In this document: in pieces, positions 25,771-59,583 of the stretch
Layout of the letters: each line of letters opens with the position of its first letter
How positions within the stretch are numbered: the first letter of the stretch is position 1
Source: Macrostomum lignano
Taxonomy: Eukaryota
Assembly: GCA_002269645.1 (NCBI GenBank)
Contig: NIVC01002271.1
Span: 62,001-126,000 of the forward strand
Length of the DNA stretch: 64,000 nt
Direction of reading: 5' to 3'
Position numbers and translations under genes: made by a program
The notes under the pieces: generated by a model
Database searches by the model: none
What the model saw: only the letters and a program-made list of their open reading frames with translations
Told to the model about the DNA's origin: nothing

Positions 25771-28700
25771 ATGCCTGACGAAGAGGACGAAGGAGACGAC
25801 AGAGGAGCCGCAGTTGACAGTCCAAGAAGTTGCGATAGTAGTAAGGATCCGGAGAAGCAGCAGCCTCGAGCTGATAGGTTTAAGCTTGTGTACGAGCCAA
25901 GCCCGATCGTGCCACCAGATGGCGGCTACGGCTGGTGGGTGGTGGCGGCCGCATTTGTTGTCAGCCTGATAGCCGACGGGGTGACCTTCTCATTCGGCAT
26001 ATTGCTATCCGAGCTGTTTACTAGTTTAAACGATTCGCGCGAGGATATCTCTTGGATTGGCTCGTTTCTAGCCGGCGTGCCGCTGCTGTTAGGTCCGGTG
26101 ACGTCTGTGCTGATTGACAGATTCGGCTGTCGGTCTGTCACCATTGCTGGCGGTCTCATCTCTGGATTAGGATTTGCTTTAATGTTTATTCTACCCCGCA
26201 GCACCCTACTGTTTGTGTTTTCTGGCGGCCTATTGGCCGGATTTGGTCTGGGCTTGGCATTCATGCCGGCTGTAGTGGTTGTGTCATTCTATTTTGTTGA
26301 GAAGCGCTCCTTAGCAACGGGTCTGGCCATGTCGGGCTCAGGCGCCGGTACAGTAGTGTTCGCTTAGATCACCCGAGCCTGCATTGAAGAGTACACTTGG
26401 CGGGGTAGTTTTCTAATTATTGGCGGAATATTGTTAAACTTGTGCGTCTGCGGCGCACTCTATCGACCGTTGCAGCCGGAAAACTTCAAAGAGATGAAAC
26501 GAATGAAGCGATTGTACGTGCAGTTCCAGCAGGCTAACGAGGCCAATCATAATAGTGCTATAAATGGCGGCGGAGCCATCGGTAGAGGCGGCGAGGGTAA
26601 ACTTGGCAATGCTAGCAATTCGCCATCTTCTTCGTTAGCGCCTTCAACATCGTCGCCAGATTCGTCGCAGAGCGGGTCGCCGACCTCTCGACGCTGGCGC
26701 GCTGTTGGCCCGGTAGGCGGTTTTGTCGGAGCGTCACCAGTGGCTCCGGCCAAGTCTCTGCTGTCCATACCGACTTACTTGAGCGCTGAGCTGTCCAAAT
26801 CGCCAGCCGCTTGTCGGGTTCAACCGGATTCTAAGCGCTTCGCTGTCTCAACCAATGCACCGCCGGTGCCAGATGAGAAACATCTTATAGCCAGTCTTAA
26901 ACTGGGCTACTTACAGCGTCTCGCTGCTGGTTTCACCGACAACTCCGCGGCCACCGTCCACTCTAACGACAAGCATCCCGTTGCCGCAGCAGCCGCCGCA
27001 GTCGCTAAAACTGACGAAAACACAGCGTTAGGCAATCAGCAAATGTTTAAGGCGAACACTTCGCACGAGTTAGTGGACTATGCTCAGCATGTTGTTCGAC
27101 AGCAGAAGCAGAAAAGACGGATGAAGTTTAAGCATCAGCAAGAGCAACAGAGGCAGCAGCAGCAGCAGCAGCAACAGCAACAGTGCGAAGAGGAAGACGA
27201 GAGTAGGCAATTTTCTTTTGTACTCCACCTGCCTCAGCTTCCTCAGCAGCCGTCTAATCAGCAACAGCTGCATCAGGCTTCCAGACCGAGATTGAACACA
27301 GCTTCTCAGACGGTTAGGCGTCAGCTGTTCCCAGTTGATAGGCGCTACTTTATGCAGCACACTCGCGGCTCGTTCAGCACGGCTATGCAAATTGAATTGT
27401 GGGACTCCTGTCCGGAGTTTGGCCGGCTGCCCCCATCCAATTGGCACAATCAGGTTAGCCGACCCCCGCCCAGGTCAAAGGTGTCCATGCTAAGCAAATT
27501 AAAACGCAGCGTACTGGATTCGAAATCATTCAAGGACACAAAATTTCTATTTACCTCCTGGAATTATTTGTCATTTTTGGCGTCGAATTTCCTGTTGTAC
27601 TTTTGGTACGACATCACTTATACGTTCATGCCGGATCACGCCAAAGAGATCGGCCTGAGCGATAACGAAGTTAGCTTAATTATCGCTTTAATTGGAGTGT
27701 CCAATACCATTGGCCAGATTGTTATTGGCTATATCGGCGATTTTCCACGAGTGAACACTGTACTGTTGTACGCGCTGTGCATGAGCTTAACCGGCGTGGC
27801 CAATTTCCTTGTGCCCTGGTGTCACAGTCTTGCCAGCCTGCTAGTCTACGGTATATTATACGGCTTCCTAGTTAGCGCCAACTACGCCTTGTGCTCCATT
27901 GTGATCATCGATTTGTTCGGCATTGATCGGCTAACCACTGGTTACGGTTTGATGATGTTCTTCCAAGGATTCGCCAACTTAGTTGGACCGCCTGCTATGG
28001 GTAATTTGTCTGCACTGTGTTTCTCTTGAGTGCTCTAACGCGATCCACATTGTCCAATGAGCGGTTTTTAGGGTGATTCTCCTAGATGTCGATTTTGGCT
28101 GATTCTCAGGGAGATCAGGAGTGATTCTTAAAAGGCGGATCAGGAGTGATTCTCAGGGGCGGATCAGGGGTGATTCTCAGGATGGATCAGGAGTGATTCT
28201 CAGGGGCGGATCAGGGGTGATTCTCAGGATGGATCAGGAGTGATTGTCAGGGGCCGATCAGGAGTGATTCTCAGGGTGGATTAGGAGTGATTCTCAGGGT
28301 GGATTAGGAGTGATTCTCAGGATGGATTAGGAGTGATTGTCAGGGTGGATCAGGAGTGATTCTCAGGATGGATCAAGAGTGATTGTCAGGGGCCGATCAG
28401 GAGTGATTCTCAGGGTGGATTAGGAGTGATTCTCAGGGGGGCAGATCAGGAGTGATTCTCAGGGTGGATCAGGAGTGATTCTCAGGGGGCAGATCAGGAG
28501 TGATTGTCAGGGGCGGATCAGGGGTGATTCTCAGGATGGATTAGGAGTGATTCTCAGGGTGGATTAGGCGTGATTCTCAGGGTGGATCAGGAGTGATTCT
28601 CAGGGGGGGGGCAGATCAAGAGTGATTCTCAGGGTGGATCAGGAGTGATTCTCAGGGTGGATCAGGAGTGATTCTCAGGGTGGATCAGGAGTGATTCTCA

Positions 28701-29721
28701 GGGTGGATCAGGAGTGATTCTCAGGGTGGATCAGGAGTGATTCTCATGGTGGATCAGGAGTGATTCTCAGGGGGCAGATAAGGAGTGATTCTCAGGATGG
28801 ATTAGGAGTGATTCTCAGGGTGGATCAGGAGTGATTCTCAGGGTGGATCAGGAGTGATTCTCAGGGGGGGGCAGATCAGGAGTGATTCTCAGGATGGATT
28901 AGGAGTGATTCTCAGGGGCGGATCAGGGGTGATTCTCAGGGTAGATCAGGAGTGAATCTCAGGTTGGATCAGAAATTATTCCAAGGCAGTGGATCAGGAC
29001 ACGAGCGATCCTTTAGGTGTAGCGATATCTTTGTATTAATAACAATGCAGCATTTGTGTTTCTTATCGAATGCCTGGTTGCATAGTAGAGTTTTTATTAG
29101 GTTACAGTTTCTGAACCTTGACCACTCCTGAGAGTTGAAGCCAGGCAGACACGTAAATACAGAGTCCTATGTCCGACATTGATTAGATAAAGCATTGACC
29201 TTCTAGCAGCTAAACTTTTGACTTGGCTTTTGTATCCTGCGAGTTGGAACAGTGGCAAACACCTTTTTTATGATTGCTACATGTCATTTAAAGTTTGTTG
29301 ACACTGCTGAAGCATCAATATTTATGGAGGTCGTCATTTTTTGATTGACATGTGGTATCTGAAAAATATCCTAAGTTACTTAAGTTTTATCGTTATTTCA
29401 AGATCGCCCATTAAAGTTTAAACGTTAAAACCTGTACTGTCTACCAAAACCTGCATCATATCAACACAAACACACACTGTAGGCCATATGCGCGACTCGG
29501 ATTCTAACTACGATCGAGCCTTCATTTACTCTGGCATATTCGTGCTAGTCTCTAATCTGCTGATCTTGTCCATTTATCCGGCTATTTATCGTTGGGCTCG
29601 GGATTGCTGTTGTCATGGCAACAAAGCTGCTGCCGGTAATCCTGCAACATCTCGCAAGAAGACGCCGCCGTCTCTAGAAGAGGCCGCAGAAGAAGCTGCT
29701 GAACCGTTGACGTCTGCTTGA
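25771..29721 (+). CDS. SLC16/MCT-family transporter (SLC16A9/12/14-like invertebrate type), ~822 codons, with an in-frame TAG at 26365-26367; exons 25771-28000 and 29483-29721
   Basis: Signature PPDGGYGWWVVAAAF; LIDRFGCRSV; YFVEKRSLATGLAMSGSG; EYTWRG..LNLCVCGALYRP; SNFLLYFWYD; DLFGIDRLTTGYG..GFANLVGPP. Phase-1 GT-AG intron 28001-29482; stop TGA 29719-29721. May be a nonsense allele or young pseudogene. Confidence 0.88.
28075..28985. repeat. ~23-bp tandem array (CAGGAGTGATTCTCAGGGTGGAT) in the SLC16 intron
   Basis: Directly visible. Confidence 0.93.
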
Positions 29722-29899
29722 AATTGTTTTGCTTGTGCCCGATCGCTTAGCTGAAGAGTGTTCAATAGGATTTTGTCTGCAGAACTTTGTTGCCTTTTTA
29801 AAATAAATTCTTTAAGCAAACTTGCGATGCTTTGTGTTCTGCTCGTAAAAGAATACAACTTGGTGTTTTCATTTGTAGGAGCTTAGACAGCCAAGGAAA

Positions 29900-29900
29900 C

Positions 29901-29955
<55 letters not shown>

Positions 29956-29990
29956 CTAAGACAGACAGACAGACAGACAGACAGACACAC

Positions 29991-30029
<39 letters not shown>

Positions 30030-30298
30030 GGCAGACAGACAGACAGACAGACAGACAGATAGACAGACAGACAGACAGACAGATCAGACAGACAGACACA
30101 CAGACAGATCAGACAGACAGACACTAAGACAGACACACACAGACAGACAGACAGACAGACAGACAGATAGATAGACAGACAAACAGACAGACAGACTTAC
30201 AGACAGACAGACAGACAGACAGACAGACGGACAGACAGACAGACAGATAGATAGACAGACAAACAGACAGACAGACTTACAAACAGACAGACAGACAG

Positions 30299-30329
<31 letters not shown>

Positions 30330-30420
30330 AACAAACAAACAAACAAACAGTTAGACAGGTGGATAGACAGACAGACAGGCAGACTCGAAAAGATGGAGAC
30401 ATCCAGACAGGCAGTCAGAA
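29900..30420. repeat. (GACA)n microsatellite
   Basis: Directly visible, downstream of the SLC16 stop. Confidence 0.95.
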
Positions 30421-33400
30421 ATTCAGTCAGACAGAGACAGAAAGTCACAAAAATATGTGAAAATACAGAAATAATTCAGGAAATTCAGCAAGTAGTGAAT
30501 TTTGAACTTTTTTTTTCGGTCGGTATGTGTCCATAGTTTTAAGTACGAGGGTAAATAAATGAAAAACATATTGTGTACTCCTACATTTCTGAACAAAGCT
30601 AAATATTTGGTAAAGCAAGCGAAAAAGTTGCTCAGTACTCCAGTAATCAGTGCACCAAAAGTTGCCACCGAGTATTTGCTGAATACATACTCTATCATTT
30701 TATATAAGTTTTTGTTGCTATCAAGACAAATTTTGTTGTTACTACTAATACCTGATAAGTAGCAAGATGGATAAGAATTCGTTCTAACAATATTGACAAA
30801 AACAACAAAATTTCTTGATCTTTTTAGACACAAAAGTTTATTTGTTTGCGTGCAATATAATTCGTAAAATGTCGGTTTCCTAATTATTAGTGTATTTACC
30901 GATTGAGTGACACATTTTATTGTCCTTACATTTCTTTGTAATAAATGTTTTTTTATTTTACATGAACTCAGCTTTGTATTAATTTGCTACTCTCGGGATG
31001 TCAATTATAATTTTAGCATTAGCAATCTGGTTTTTCCATCATTTTTTTCAATTTTTGAATTCTACTAGCTTGACCCTAAATATGATTTATGGCTGTGTGC
31101 TACTCACTCAAGCGATTGTTTCGACAGCTTTCACGCCTAAAATTTTGACTTACTGAACAATCAATGTTTTTGATTAATGATTTTTTTGATGAATTATTAG
31201 AAATTATTAATTATCAATTATCAAGTAGTTCCCAATGACTTCAATTAAAATTAGCATTGAATCCTCATTTTCTAAACGAAAAGCTTTATGAATATCCATA
31301 GCGCTATGAGAAAAGCAAGACATCTCCAAAGATGAACACTGGGTCTCACTTCTCTCAAAATAAATGACAATTAATGTGCTGAAAAAATAAAAGCCCATTA
31401 TTTCCGTAATGTCTTTCGGTAAAAAAATTTAAAGTTTTCCAAGAAAATGTAGTTTCCTGACCTACTTGGTAATTTCCTACTCATTTAAGCATTAGAATTT
31501 TTCTAAAACAGGGGTCTCAAATGATTTTGAGAAAGTTCTAAATCTAAAAAAATACTTATTTACAAATTAGTATTCCAATTCTATTTAGTTTTAGCAACAG
31601 CTGAGAAACAATATTTATCAATTTTTCATACTGTAGGTTATTAAAATCTTTTTTTTGATGCTATTTACGTGTTTGTGTTTTCCTTAAACAAAATCAATTC
31701 TTTTTAACCTTTTCCTTCCCCTAGCTGTTTTTGCTTTGGCCTAACTCGATCATAATTTTATTTCGTGTTTTTTGCATTCGAAATCGTTCTTCATACACAC
31801 ACGCTTTGAATTATTTGTGAAATTACTGATTAGCAGAAATGAATGATAATTGGTTGTCAAGGCTGTATATATCTATGTAAATGCTTGCAAAGCGATCCAG
31901 ATTCTTTCTAAAATCCAAGCTGATAATGATGGCAATTGCTCTTTATTACCACTTGGCTTTCAGAGTGTCTATTGCTCAGCTGGGTTATGTAAAATACGTT
32001 TTTATACTCCTCATTTCATATTATTTACTATTTTTTATCGCCAAACAAGCAGGTATAATTAAACCAGTTGCAAAGTAGATTGACAACACTTCTCCAAAAC
32101 TTTCGTCAGTACACAAATTCGTTAATATTTTGTTAATCTCATGTCTCCGTTTCGCTTACCTGTGTTAGGTATCTGTTTATGACGTAATAGAAGCATTTTT
32201 GTTTTGCACTTTCTTTCCTAACTCTTACAAGTATAAATAATCTCTCGTATTAATCTCGAATTTTTGTTTATAACTCAGCAGTTAATATATAATTTAAAAA
32301 TTTGCGCTTCAAGTACATCTGTTTGATTGCATCATTCGTTAGTAAATATAGAGGTTTTGATGTCTTTGATTTTTACCTAAATTTTGTGGGGGTGATTCTG
32401 AATGTATGAATAAATCCTACAGGAAGGCCAGTAGGGACCGTTTTCGATGCCAATAGACCAGGAATTATAGGCATTGGATTAGCCTTCAAACAAATATTTT
32501 ACTCATTTGAATAATGATGCTTTCCATCTCTTAATTACGAGTAGCTATTGTAGCGCTTAAACATGTACGAACAATTTACGCCTTAAAATTGTTAAAAATT
32601 AAAGTATTTCAATTATGCCACTTTTAGTGGACCTTTTAGATATACCCATCGATCGGTAAATAATACGGAAGACCAAATTCTACATGTCGTGTGTACGTCT
32701 ATCCTACAGGATTATTTTACTAATTGTACGTGCATATCGGACAAACGTCTACGGCTCGTTTAGGCAGTGTGCATGCATGCTCTGTGCATACATGGAATTG
32801 CATTTTACATTTTATCTCCACTGTCAAAAAGCTTTCGTGTAAATTCAAAATTTTGATAGAACTATTGCAGACTTAACTGCATTGACCTTGTAAAGTCTAC
32901 CTGCACCGCAAATGTTTTTAAAGTTACATGTAAAACATATTTATTTTTTAGACTTCTTATCTTTCCTGACTAATTAGTCACGAAGCTGAATTTCGCTACA
33001 TTTACCTTAAACCTGGCCCCTAATTGAATGTCACTCGTAAATCTTAATTGTATTTTCCTCACCCACCTTACGTGTGCGTTTAAGTACAGGGACTACTGAA
33101 GTCGAAGGACTTTGAACTCGAGAATGATATGGTTTTTAAGGGTGAACTTAAGAGCCGATGCCATTTCTGAATGTTTATATTCGATAAACATGCATCGTCT
33201 TACAAATAAATATTACTAAAGCAAAACCCTTCTGTGTAGTTAACATGTACATGTACATGGAGTACAATTATGAAAAATACAAAAATGCGCTCGTCGTCGT
33301 ATGAAGCGATTATTTCAGTTTTGCGACACTGCTGCCTTTAATGCGCCATTATCTTTTCTGTTGAAAACCACATTCAACCCTACTTAGTACAGATACATGA

Positions 33401-34974
33401 AAGATAATGTAAAACGTTCTGTGTACGGTAAGCCTGCCATCAAAAAAGATACATGAAGTACAAACCACGAGTGTGGTGATCTAAGTGCTGTCGAACTGAT
33501 CCTTATTATACCTCTTAGTATAAGTATAAAGTAATTTTATTTAAATCAATGTCTAATCAATGTTTTCAATAGTTATGAATTTAGCAATAAAAAATAAGGA
33601 CAAGGTTATTTACACATACTTCGTTGTTTGATATTTGTTTACCCATATTTATTTATATGCATAATCGCTGCAGCTCGTGAACAACGACATAGCAAGCACT
33701 TTCTTTGGTTTTGAAAATGTTTGATGGCTAGGGAGCGCGCGCATGAACGTCCTACGATGAAGTCAACTAATTACTAATATGACTGGTATAAAAGTATTAT
33801 GTAATCTTAATTGTCTCAGTGGCGTTGGGCCTATATAATACATTTTTACTATGGTTTAGCAACTTTCTTCTTTACAGCTAGCTTAACTAGATGGTCTAGA
33901 CCTAGACCTAGATGGAGCATTTCCTAGGCCTAGATCACACAGACAGCACAGGTCATAATTAGTGACTCATACCTTTATTATTGATAGGATCTTCCCTATA
34001 AAGTTCCATTTCTTGTAATGATAAAGTTCTATGACATTGACTATATGAATAGTAGTAATAGGCCCACCTATCCTATGGGCTATATACTGAATTGGCCTAT
34101 TGCTGATCTCTTCATAACTTTTTAGAATATTTCTTAGGCCTAACCTAAGTCCTAATTTGATTTGTAAAAAAATAATTAATTAGGCCTAATAAAATAAGTA
34201 GATTTCTGCTATAGCCATTTCTCATAATCCCAATCCCAAAATCTTGGGATCCCAAGGAAAATTGGATTCCCATGGGACCAAAATCCAGACCCTAAAAACA
34301 CAAGAATTGGTAATAGGTCTTTTGATTAAAATTTATAGAATTAGTGATTACTTGAATATATTTTGTTTTACCTTGTACTCATTACATTATTACTATATTG
34401 GTTACAAAACTTTACATCAGTTTTGTTTTTTGTGTTATTACTTTTTGATCTTGAAATTTTTTGCTCAATTTTGCAATTTTGCAACTTTAATCTTTATATG
34501 GACCTATGAGCTACAATACACTAAAAGACCTGATCCCAATTCCCAAATCCCAATCCTAATCCCAAGAAAAAAATTATTCCTAATTGGCTAATCCCAATTC
34601 CACCTGAAGATTTTAATTAATCAATCCTATCCAACCTTTACTATTCATAGGCCATTTACATTTATATTGATATTGTAGGCGTAGAGGCCATAGCTATAGG
34701 TTTTTAATTTTAGGGATAATGCCTAAACATTATCATTTTTAGATTTTTAAGATTTGACATTGATATCTATTATAAGGTCTAGGTTTATACTTTTAATATA
34801 GGCCTAATTAAGATTTGATTGAGATTAAAGATTAAGCCTAATTTGTATCTAGTAAACATATTTAAAGCCTCTATATTACCAATTCTAGAACTAGAATCTC
34901 TAACTTCTCTCTGATTGCAACTTACTTCTTTTTGATTGTGACTTATTTCTCACTGATTGCGACTTAGTTTGCTC

Positions 34975-35102
34975 CTTTTGCAACTTACCTAATCTTTTTG
35001 CAACTTACCTAATCCTTTTGCAACTTACCTAATCCTTTTGCAACTTACCTGATCCTTTTTGCAACTTACCTAATCCTTTTTGCAACTTACCTGATCCTTT
35101 TG
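34975..35102. repeat. Short 21/22-bp tandem array (TGCAACTTACCTAATCCTTTT), ~6 copies
   Basis: Directly visible. Confidence 0.85.
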
Positions 35103-36526
35103 TGACGTAGTAAATAAAGCAATAAATAGAGCAATAAAAGTAGGCCTAGACAGATATAGTAATAGTAGTAGATAGAGTACTAGACAATGATAGAAGAGCT
35201 AGAGGCTAGAGCATTTTTAATACCATTTCCTATCCTTTCTAGCCATAGACAATTTTCAAAATTTCTACTATGGACCATGGTACTATATTGAAACACTTAA
35301 TAATATAATAATATTATTATAATAATAAGAAAAAATAATATTAAGAAACAAACTTGAAGATTGCCATAACTATCCCTATTAAAATAAATGTTGAAAACCC
35401 ACATATGCACACTTTAGAATAGAGTTAAATTATTTTATTGCACTTTAGCATTATTAGAAATGTTCCAAAGGAGCATTTTCTGTCAAAATCAAAATTCAAT
35501 AACTTTCCAAAATCAAAATTGAAATTTTCCTAAATCAAAATTCAGAAAAACAAAGTTTAGTACAACTGAAACTCACTTTTACTTTTGATTTATTGCTTAT
35601 ACAAAAATTGCATGTATATATAGCAGAATTTTTTAGCCACTTTTTAAAAACTTACAAAATTTTGACTTTCATTTTTTTTCAAAATTGTAATTCACTCAAA
35701 AATTTCAAATTTAGGAAAATTGAAATAAAAATCTTGGTATATCTCTAAGCATTATAAATGAAATGAAAAGTATATCGACCTTTTCCACAGAGGTATTAGG
35801 CCTCTTCCATGTATATTTATTTGCTAAAGCAGCAGCCAGCAGGAGGGGTCAGCCAGCACACAGGTGCTGCATGCCTGTGTGTGTATTATACTTTAGAAAA
35901 ATTTCAACAGTACACTGGACACTGTTTGCAGTTTTATAACTTTTTCCTATAGGGATAACTGCATAATATCATAGTCATAAATAGTCATTTAATCACAAAT
36001 TTTGACTTCTTTTTTAAGATCTTTAAACCTAGATCATGAAGTAAAAAATGCCTAGATCTTGACAACCAAGATCTTGAGATATTTTCCAAGCCCTAATTAA
36101 TTGCTTGTAATTTCTTATAAGTAACAGTATAGGCCCTAGCATAGCAATCATAGGGCCTAACAATTGTTTTAATGATATTGATTAAATCCAATGGTAACAA
36201 TTTCTCTAGCTTATCCAATATAATAATATGATAAATGATCATGGTTTGAATGATAAAATGAAATAAAGAATGCTAGCAATAGTTTAATTATATTTCTCAT
36301 TATCATTAGCCTAACATATTTTCTAACAATATTAATAGTTGCTTGAAATACCTATTTATAATTTTTGAACAGCAAGTCAAGACAATATTAGGCCTACTTT
36401 TTTTAGAAAGATATAGTATTTTTGGTGATTTTTTATTTGGAACTACTAAGTGATTTTATTTATTTCTAATCAAAATTTATACATTAATGCATGATGTAAC
36501 ACCCCAACAACCAATAGCTATAAATA

Positions 36527-55907
<19,381 letters not shown>

Positions 55908-56149
55908 TTGTTTGCATGTAATCCTGACTGTATTACCTGGGAAATGTACTTTTCGAGCTTTTGGGTCGACATGTACTTTTAATATAAATTGACTATATTT
56001 ATAAAGTGCATCGTGTACTGTTAGTAGTAAATTACTTATTAGTGAGAATTTTATACAACTAAATCAATCAATGTACTTCATGCACCATGCACTAAGAGTT
56101 TGAATTGTAAAGTACACATGTACTATTAAATATCGTTACCGTGATAAGA

Positions 56150-56290
56150 ATCGCTAGAGAGTCATTGCAAACAGCTCAATAGGGACTCTAGCGACTGTTG
56201 AGTCACGAGGGCATCACGTGAGCTGCAGAATCGTAAAAGTCAGCCAAGAGCCGTTGTGCTGGCGCTTAACTTCCTACTAACTCAAGTAGA
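56150..56290. mobile_element. Partial copy of the dispersed repeat family
   Basis: GACTCTAGCGAC and GCAGAATCGT shared with 39150-39215; TGGCGCTTAACTT shared with 21160. Confidence 0.45.
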
Positions 56291-57231
56291 CTAAACAGAG
56301 CTGTGATAAATGTGAAATGCGATTCAAATTCATAAAGTGTTAACAAATATTTGTGTATTAGGTGTTGTTATGCTGTAGTTATATTTTAAATTGTTCAACA
56401 ACTCTCAAAGCTTGTAGCAATCTCGTTCAATTTTGCTTTCAAATAGTACGACTGAGGGACTATGTGGCCATGTGATTCAAAACTCTAAGGATTTGCAGTG
56501 AAATGCTGCTATCTACCAGCACTAGTTGATTTTTTGTTAAAACAAGCTTTCAACTCCCTTAGTAGTTGTTGTTTTTTTCTCCACAATTTTTATCCCGTGC
56601 AATTTCGATTCTACTAACAATTTTGAGAGTGCAATTTCTCAACTGTTTTAACTGCTTCTAGTTGCTTAGTTATCATAGTCTGTCATTTTTATGTTGTTCC
56701 CTCCCTATACTGGTTTACTATTAAAATACCACACTTTCTACTGGTTCGTTTTGTCTAATAGTAGTAGACGCAGGTGTTTTTTAGTTTATTTTTACTGCCC
56801 TGCCTTTAATTATTCAGTTGTATTTTGGGATCATACACTCGCTTTAACTACTTAGTAACATAGTAGCTTGAGCGAACATTATGCAATAAATAGATAAAAT
56901 CAGTCAAAAAAATTTTACTCAAGTAAACAGTGTGCTACTTTGCCCATAAAAGTCGAAGGAAACATAAATAAAAGATACAAAAAAAAGTATTCTGGTTCTT
57001 TGTTAGTAAAAAGTTGCAAAAACAGAAACCCGTCACGTTTCTACTTATTAATTTTATTTATTTGCTGGTGTTTTTTAAAACGAGTTTTTTGAATTTATGG
57101 TTATTACTAATTGGCTCATCTCTTAGGTAGGTGGCTGTACTCTAGTCATCACATATTACTAAAACTCGATTTATTGAAATTGTTCAACAACTGTAATCAA
57201 TCTGACGCACTGTGTGTAACCTAAAATATAA

Positions 57232-57643
57232 TCAGTCAGTTTTGGTGGAGCCGCCGGTGAAAAAGTACTCAACTATGTCGTCGGGATGGAAGCCTTCGAA
57301 GCACAGATTCTTGACGATGAAACGGGCGCAGACCTGCCGTTATCGGAGATTAATTGATCATAAATAGTCTTTACTATATTTACTATAGTAAAAATAGAAA
57401 AAATATAGAAAAAATGAGCTATGTCTAGTTAGTAGATTTTATTATATCGTATGTAAAGCTGTAAAACTCTATTTATCTATCTGCATCTACGTACATGTCT
57501 ATCTATCTATCTCACCTGTATATCTATCTATCTACCTATCTATCTATCTATCTCACCTGTATATCTATCTATCTACCTATCTATCTATCTATCTCACCTG
57601 TATATCTATCTATCTACCTATCTATCTATCTATCTCACCTGTA

Positions 57644-57680
<37 letters not shown>

Positions 57681-57725
57681 CACCTGTATATCTATCTATC
57701 TATCTATCTATCTATCTCACCTGTA

Positions 57726-57758
<33 letters not shown>

Positions 57759-57766
57759 CACCTGTA

Positions 57767-57803
<37 letters not shown>

Positions 57804-57811
57804 CACCTGTA

Positions 57812-57844
<33 letters not shown>

Positions 57845-59543
57845 GTGTATCTATCTATCTATCTAATCTATCTACCTGCAGCTGTCGACAGCTCCCCGCT
57901 CATTCACTTACCTGAGTGGCATAGATTTGATGTCGTGATTTTAGCGATCTTCGTCGCTGATCGATCACGTTAGAGCGCTGCGAGATCGTCTCGTCGTAGG
58001 CGCTCAGTATGGGTGACCGACGCTCCGGGACCGACATAAAGCCCAGCGACATCACGTAGCGAAGGAAGCTGCTCTGCATGTGACTGCTTAGCAGGGAGGC
58101 GAATTCGCAGCGTCGTTGCCTGCCTGCAGATGGGTGGAATCGAACATGCACAGATGCACTCCTGCCTCACCCACCTCACTCCTCTGCCTCACCCACCCAC
58201 CACACCCTCTGTCTCACACACCCCACCCCCTGCCTCACCCACCTCACTCCCCTGCCTCACCCACCCACCACACCCTCTGTCTCACACACCCCACCCCTGC
58301 CTCACCCACCTCCCTCCCCTGTCTCACCCACCTCACTTCCCTGCCTCAACCACCCCACACCCTCTGTCTCACACACCCCACCCCCTGCCTCACCCACCTC
58401 ACTCCCCTGCCTCACCCACCCACCACACCCTCTGTCTCACACACCCCACCCCCTCACCCACCTCCCTCCCCTGTCTCACCCACCTCACTCCCCTGCCTCA
58501 ACCACCCCACTCCCCTGCCTCACCCACCCCACCCCTGCCTCACCCACCTCACTCTCCTGTCTCACCCACCCCACTCCCCTGCCTCACCCACCCCACCCCC
58601 TGCCTCACCCACCCCACCCCCTGCCTCACCCACCCCACCCCCTGCCTCACCCACCCCACCCCCTGCCTCACCCACCCCACCCCCTGCCTCACCCACCGGC
58701 CACCCCAACCCCTGCCTCACCCACCCTACATCCCCTGCCTCACCCACCCCACTCCCCTGCCTCACCCACCCTACATCCCCTGCCTCATCCACCCCACTCC
58801 CCTGCCTCACCCACCCTACATCCCCTGCCTCACCCACCCCACCCCTGCCTCACCCACCGGCCACCCCACCCCCTGCCTCACCCACCGGCCACCCCACTCC
58901 CCTGCCTCACCCACCCCACCCCCTGCCTCGGCTCACCCACCAGATAAGTAGGCGATTTGGCTGTCCATCTCGTGGTACATGAGGCGAAAGATGACGTGAA
59001 AAATGGGCTCGACCTGGCCGTCAACTAAGTCCTGCTTGATGCCCAGTCGCTTGTACACCAGGCCAACCAGGGGTACGTTTACAACGTTGACCGCATTGCA
59101 CATGAAGTACAGGCTCCACTGCATGCACAACAGGTAGGACAGACACACCTGTGATTGTTTAGAGACAGATGTTTTGTTAATCACTCGCGACTGTATGACT
59201 TTAATTAATTAATGCAATGATGTCGTTAATTATTGCTAGTAAATTATGCATGAAACTTGCGTGAAAAGCTGAGCTGTGCTCCTGCATGTTGATCAGGCTG
59301 AGAAAGGCTGGTAATGACCTCGTGTGAATTAGCAGCTGCAGAAACATCATATTGCTGTGCATTTTGAAGCCGAGGCGCTTCACTGCGGTGCGGTGATTTG
59401 AGTTATTAATTAGTTTATTGATTGATTGATTGAATAATTGATTATTCATCGTTTGACTGATTCATTGATTTATTAATACATTGATTGATTGATCGTATTA
59501 TTGATTAATTTATTGATTGATTGTTATTTGATAATTTATCATT

Positions 59544-59583
<40 letters not shown>

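Noticed and set aside
26353-26367. A 12-15-nt GT..AG micro-intron that would remove the TAG in frame
   Set aside because: Far below the spliceosomal minimum and the shortest introns seen here (~90-115 nt), and it would delete conserved TM5 residues.
26365-26367. Genome-wide reassignment of TAG to a sense codon
   Set aside because: It is the only in-frame TAG in several thousand reconstructed codons; a recoded genome would show many.
33380-33960. Alternative ABCC start exons (ATGAAAGAT..G|GTAAGC; ATGGAGCAT..G|GTCATA)
   Set aside because: Both end in phase 1, incompatible with the phase-0 exon at 36658; 36527-36565 fits both phase and family pattern.
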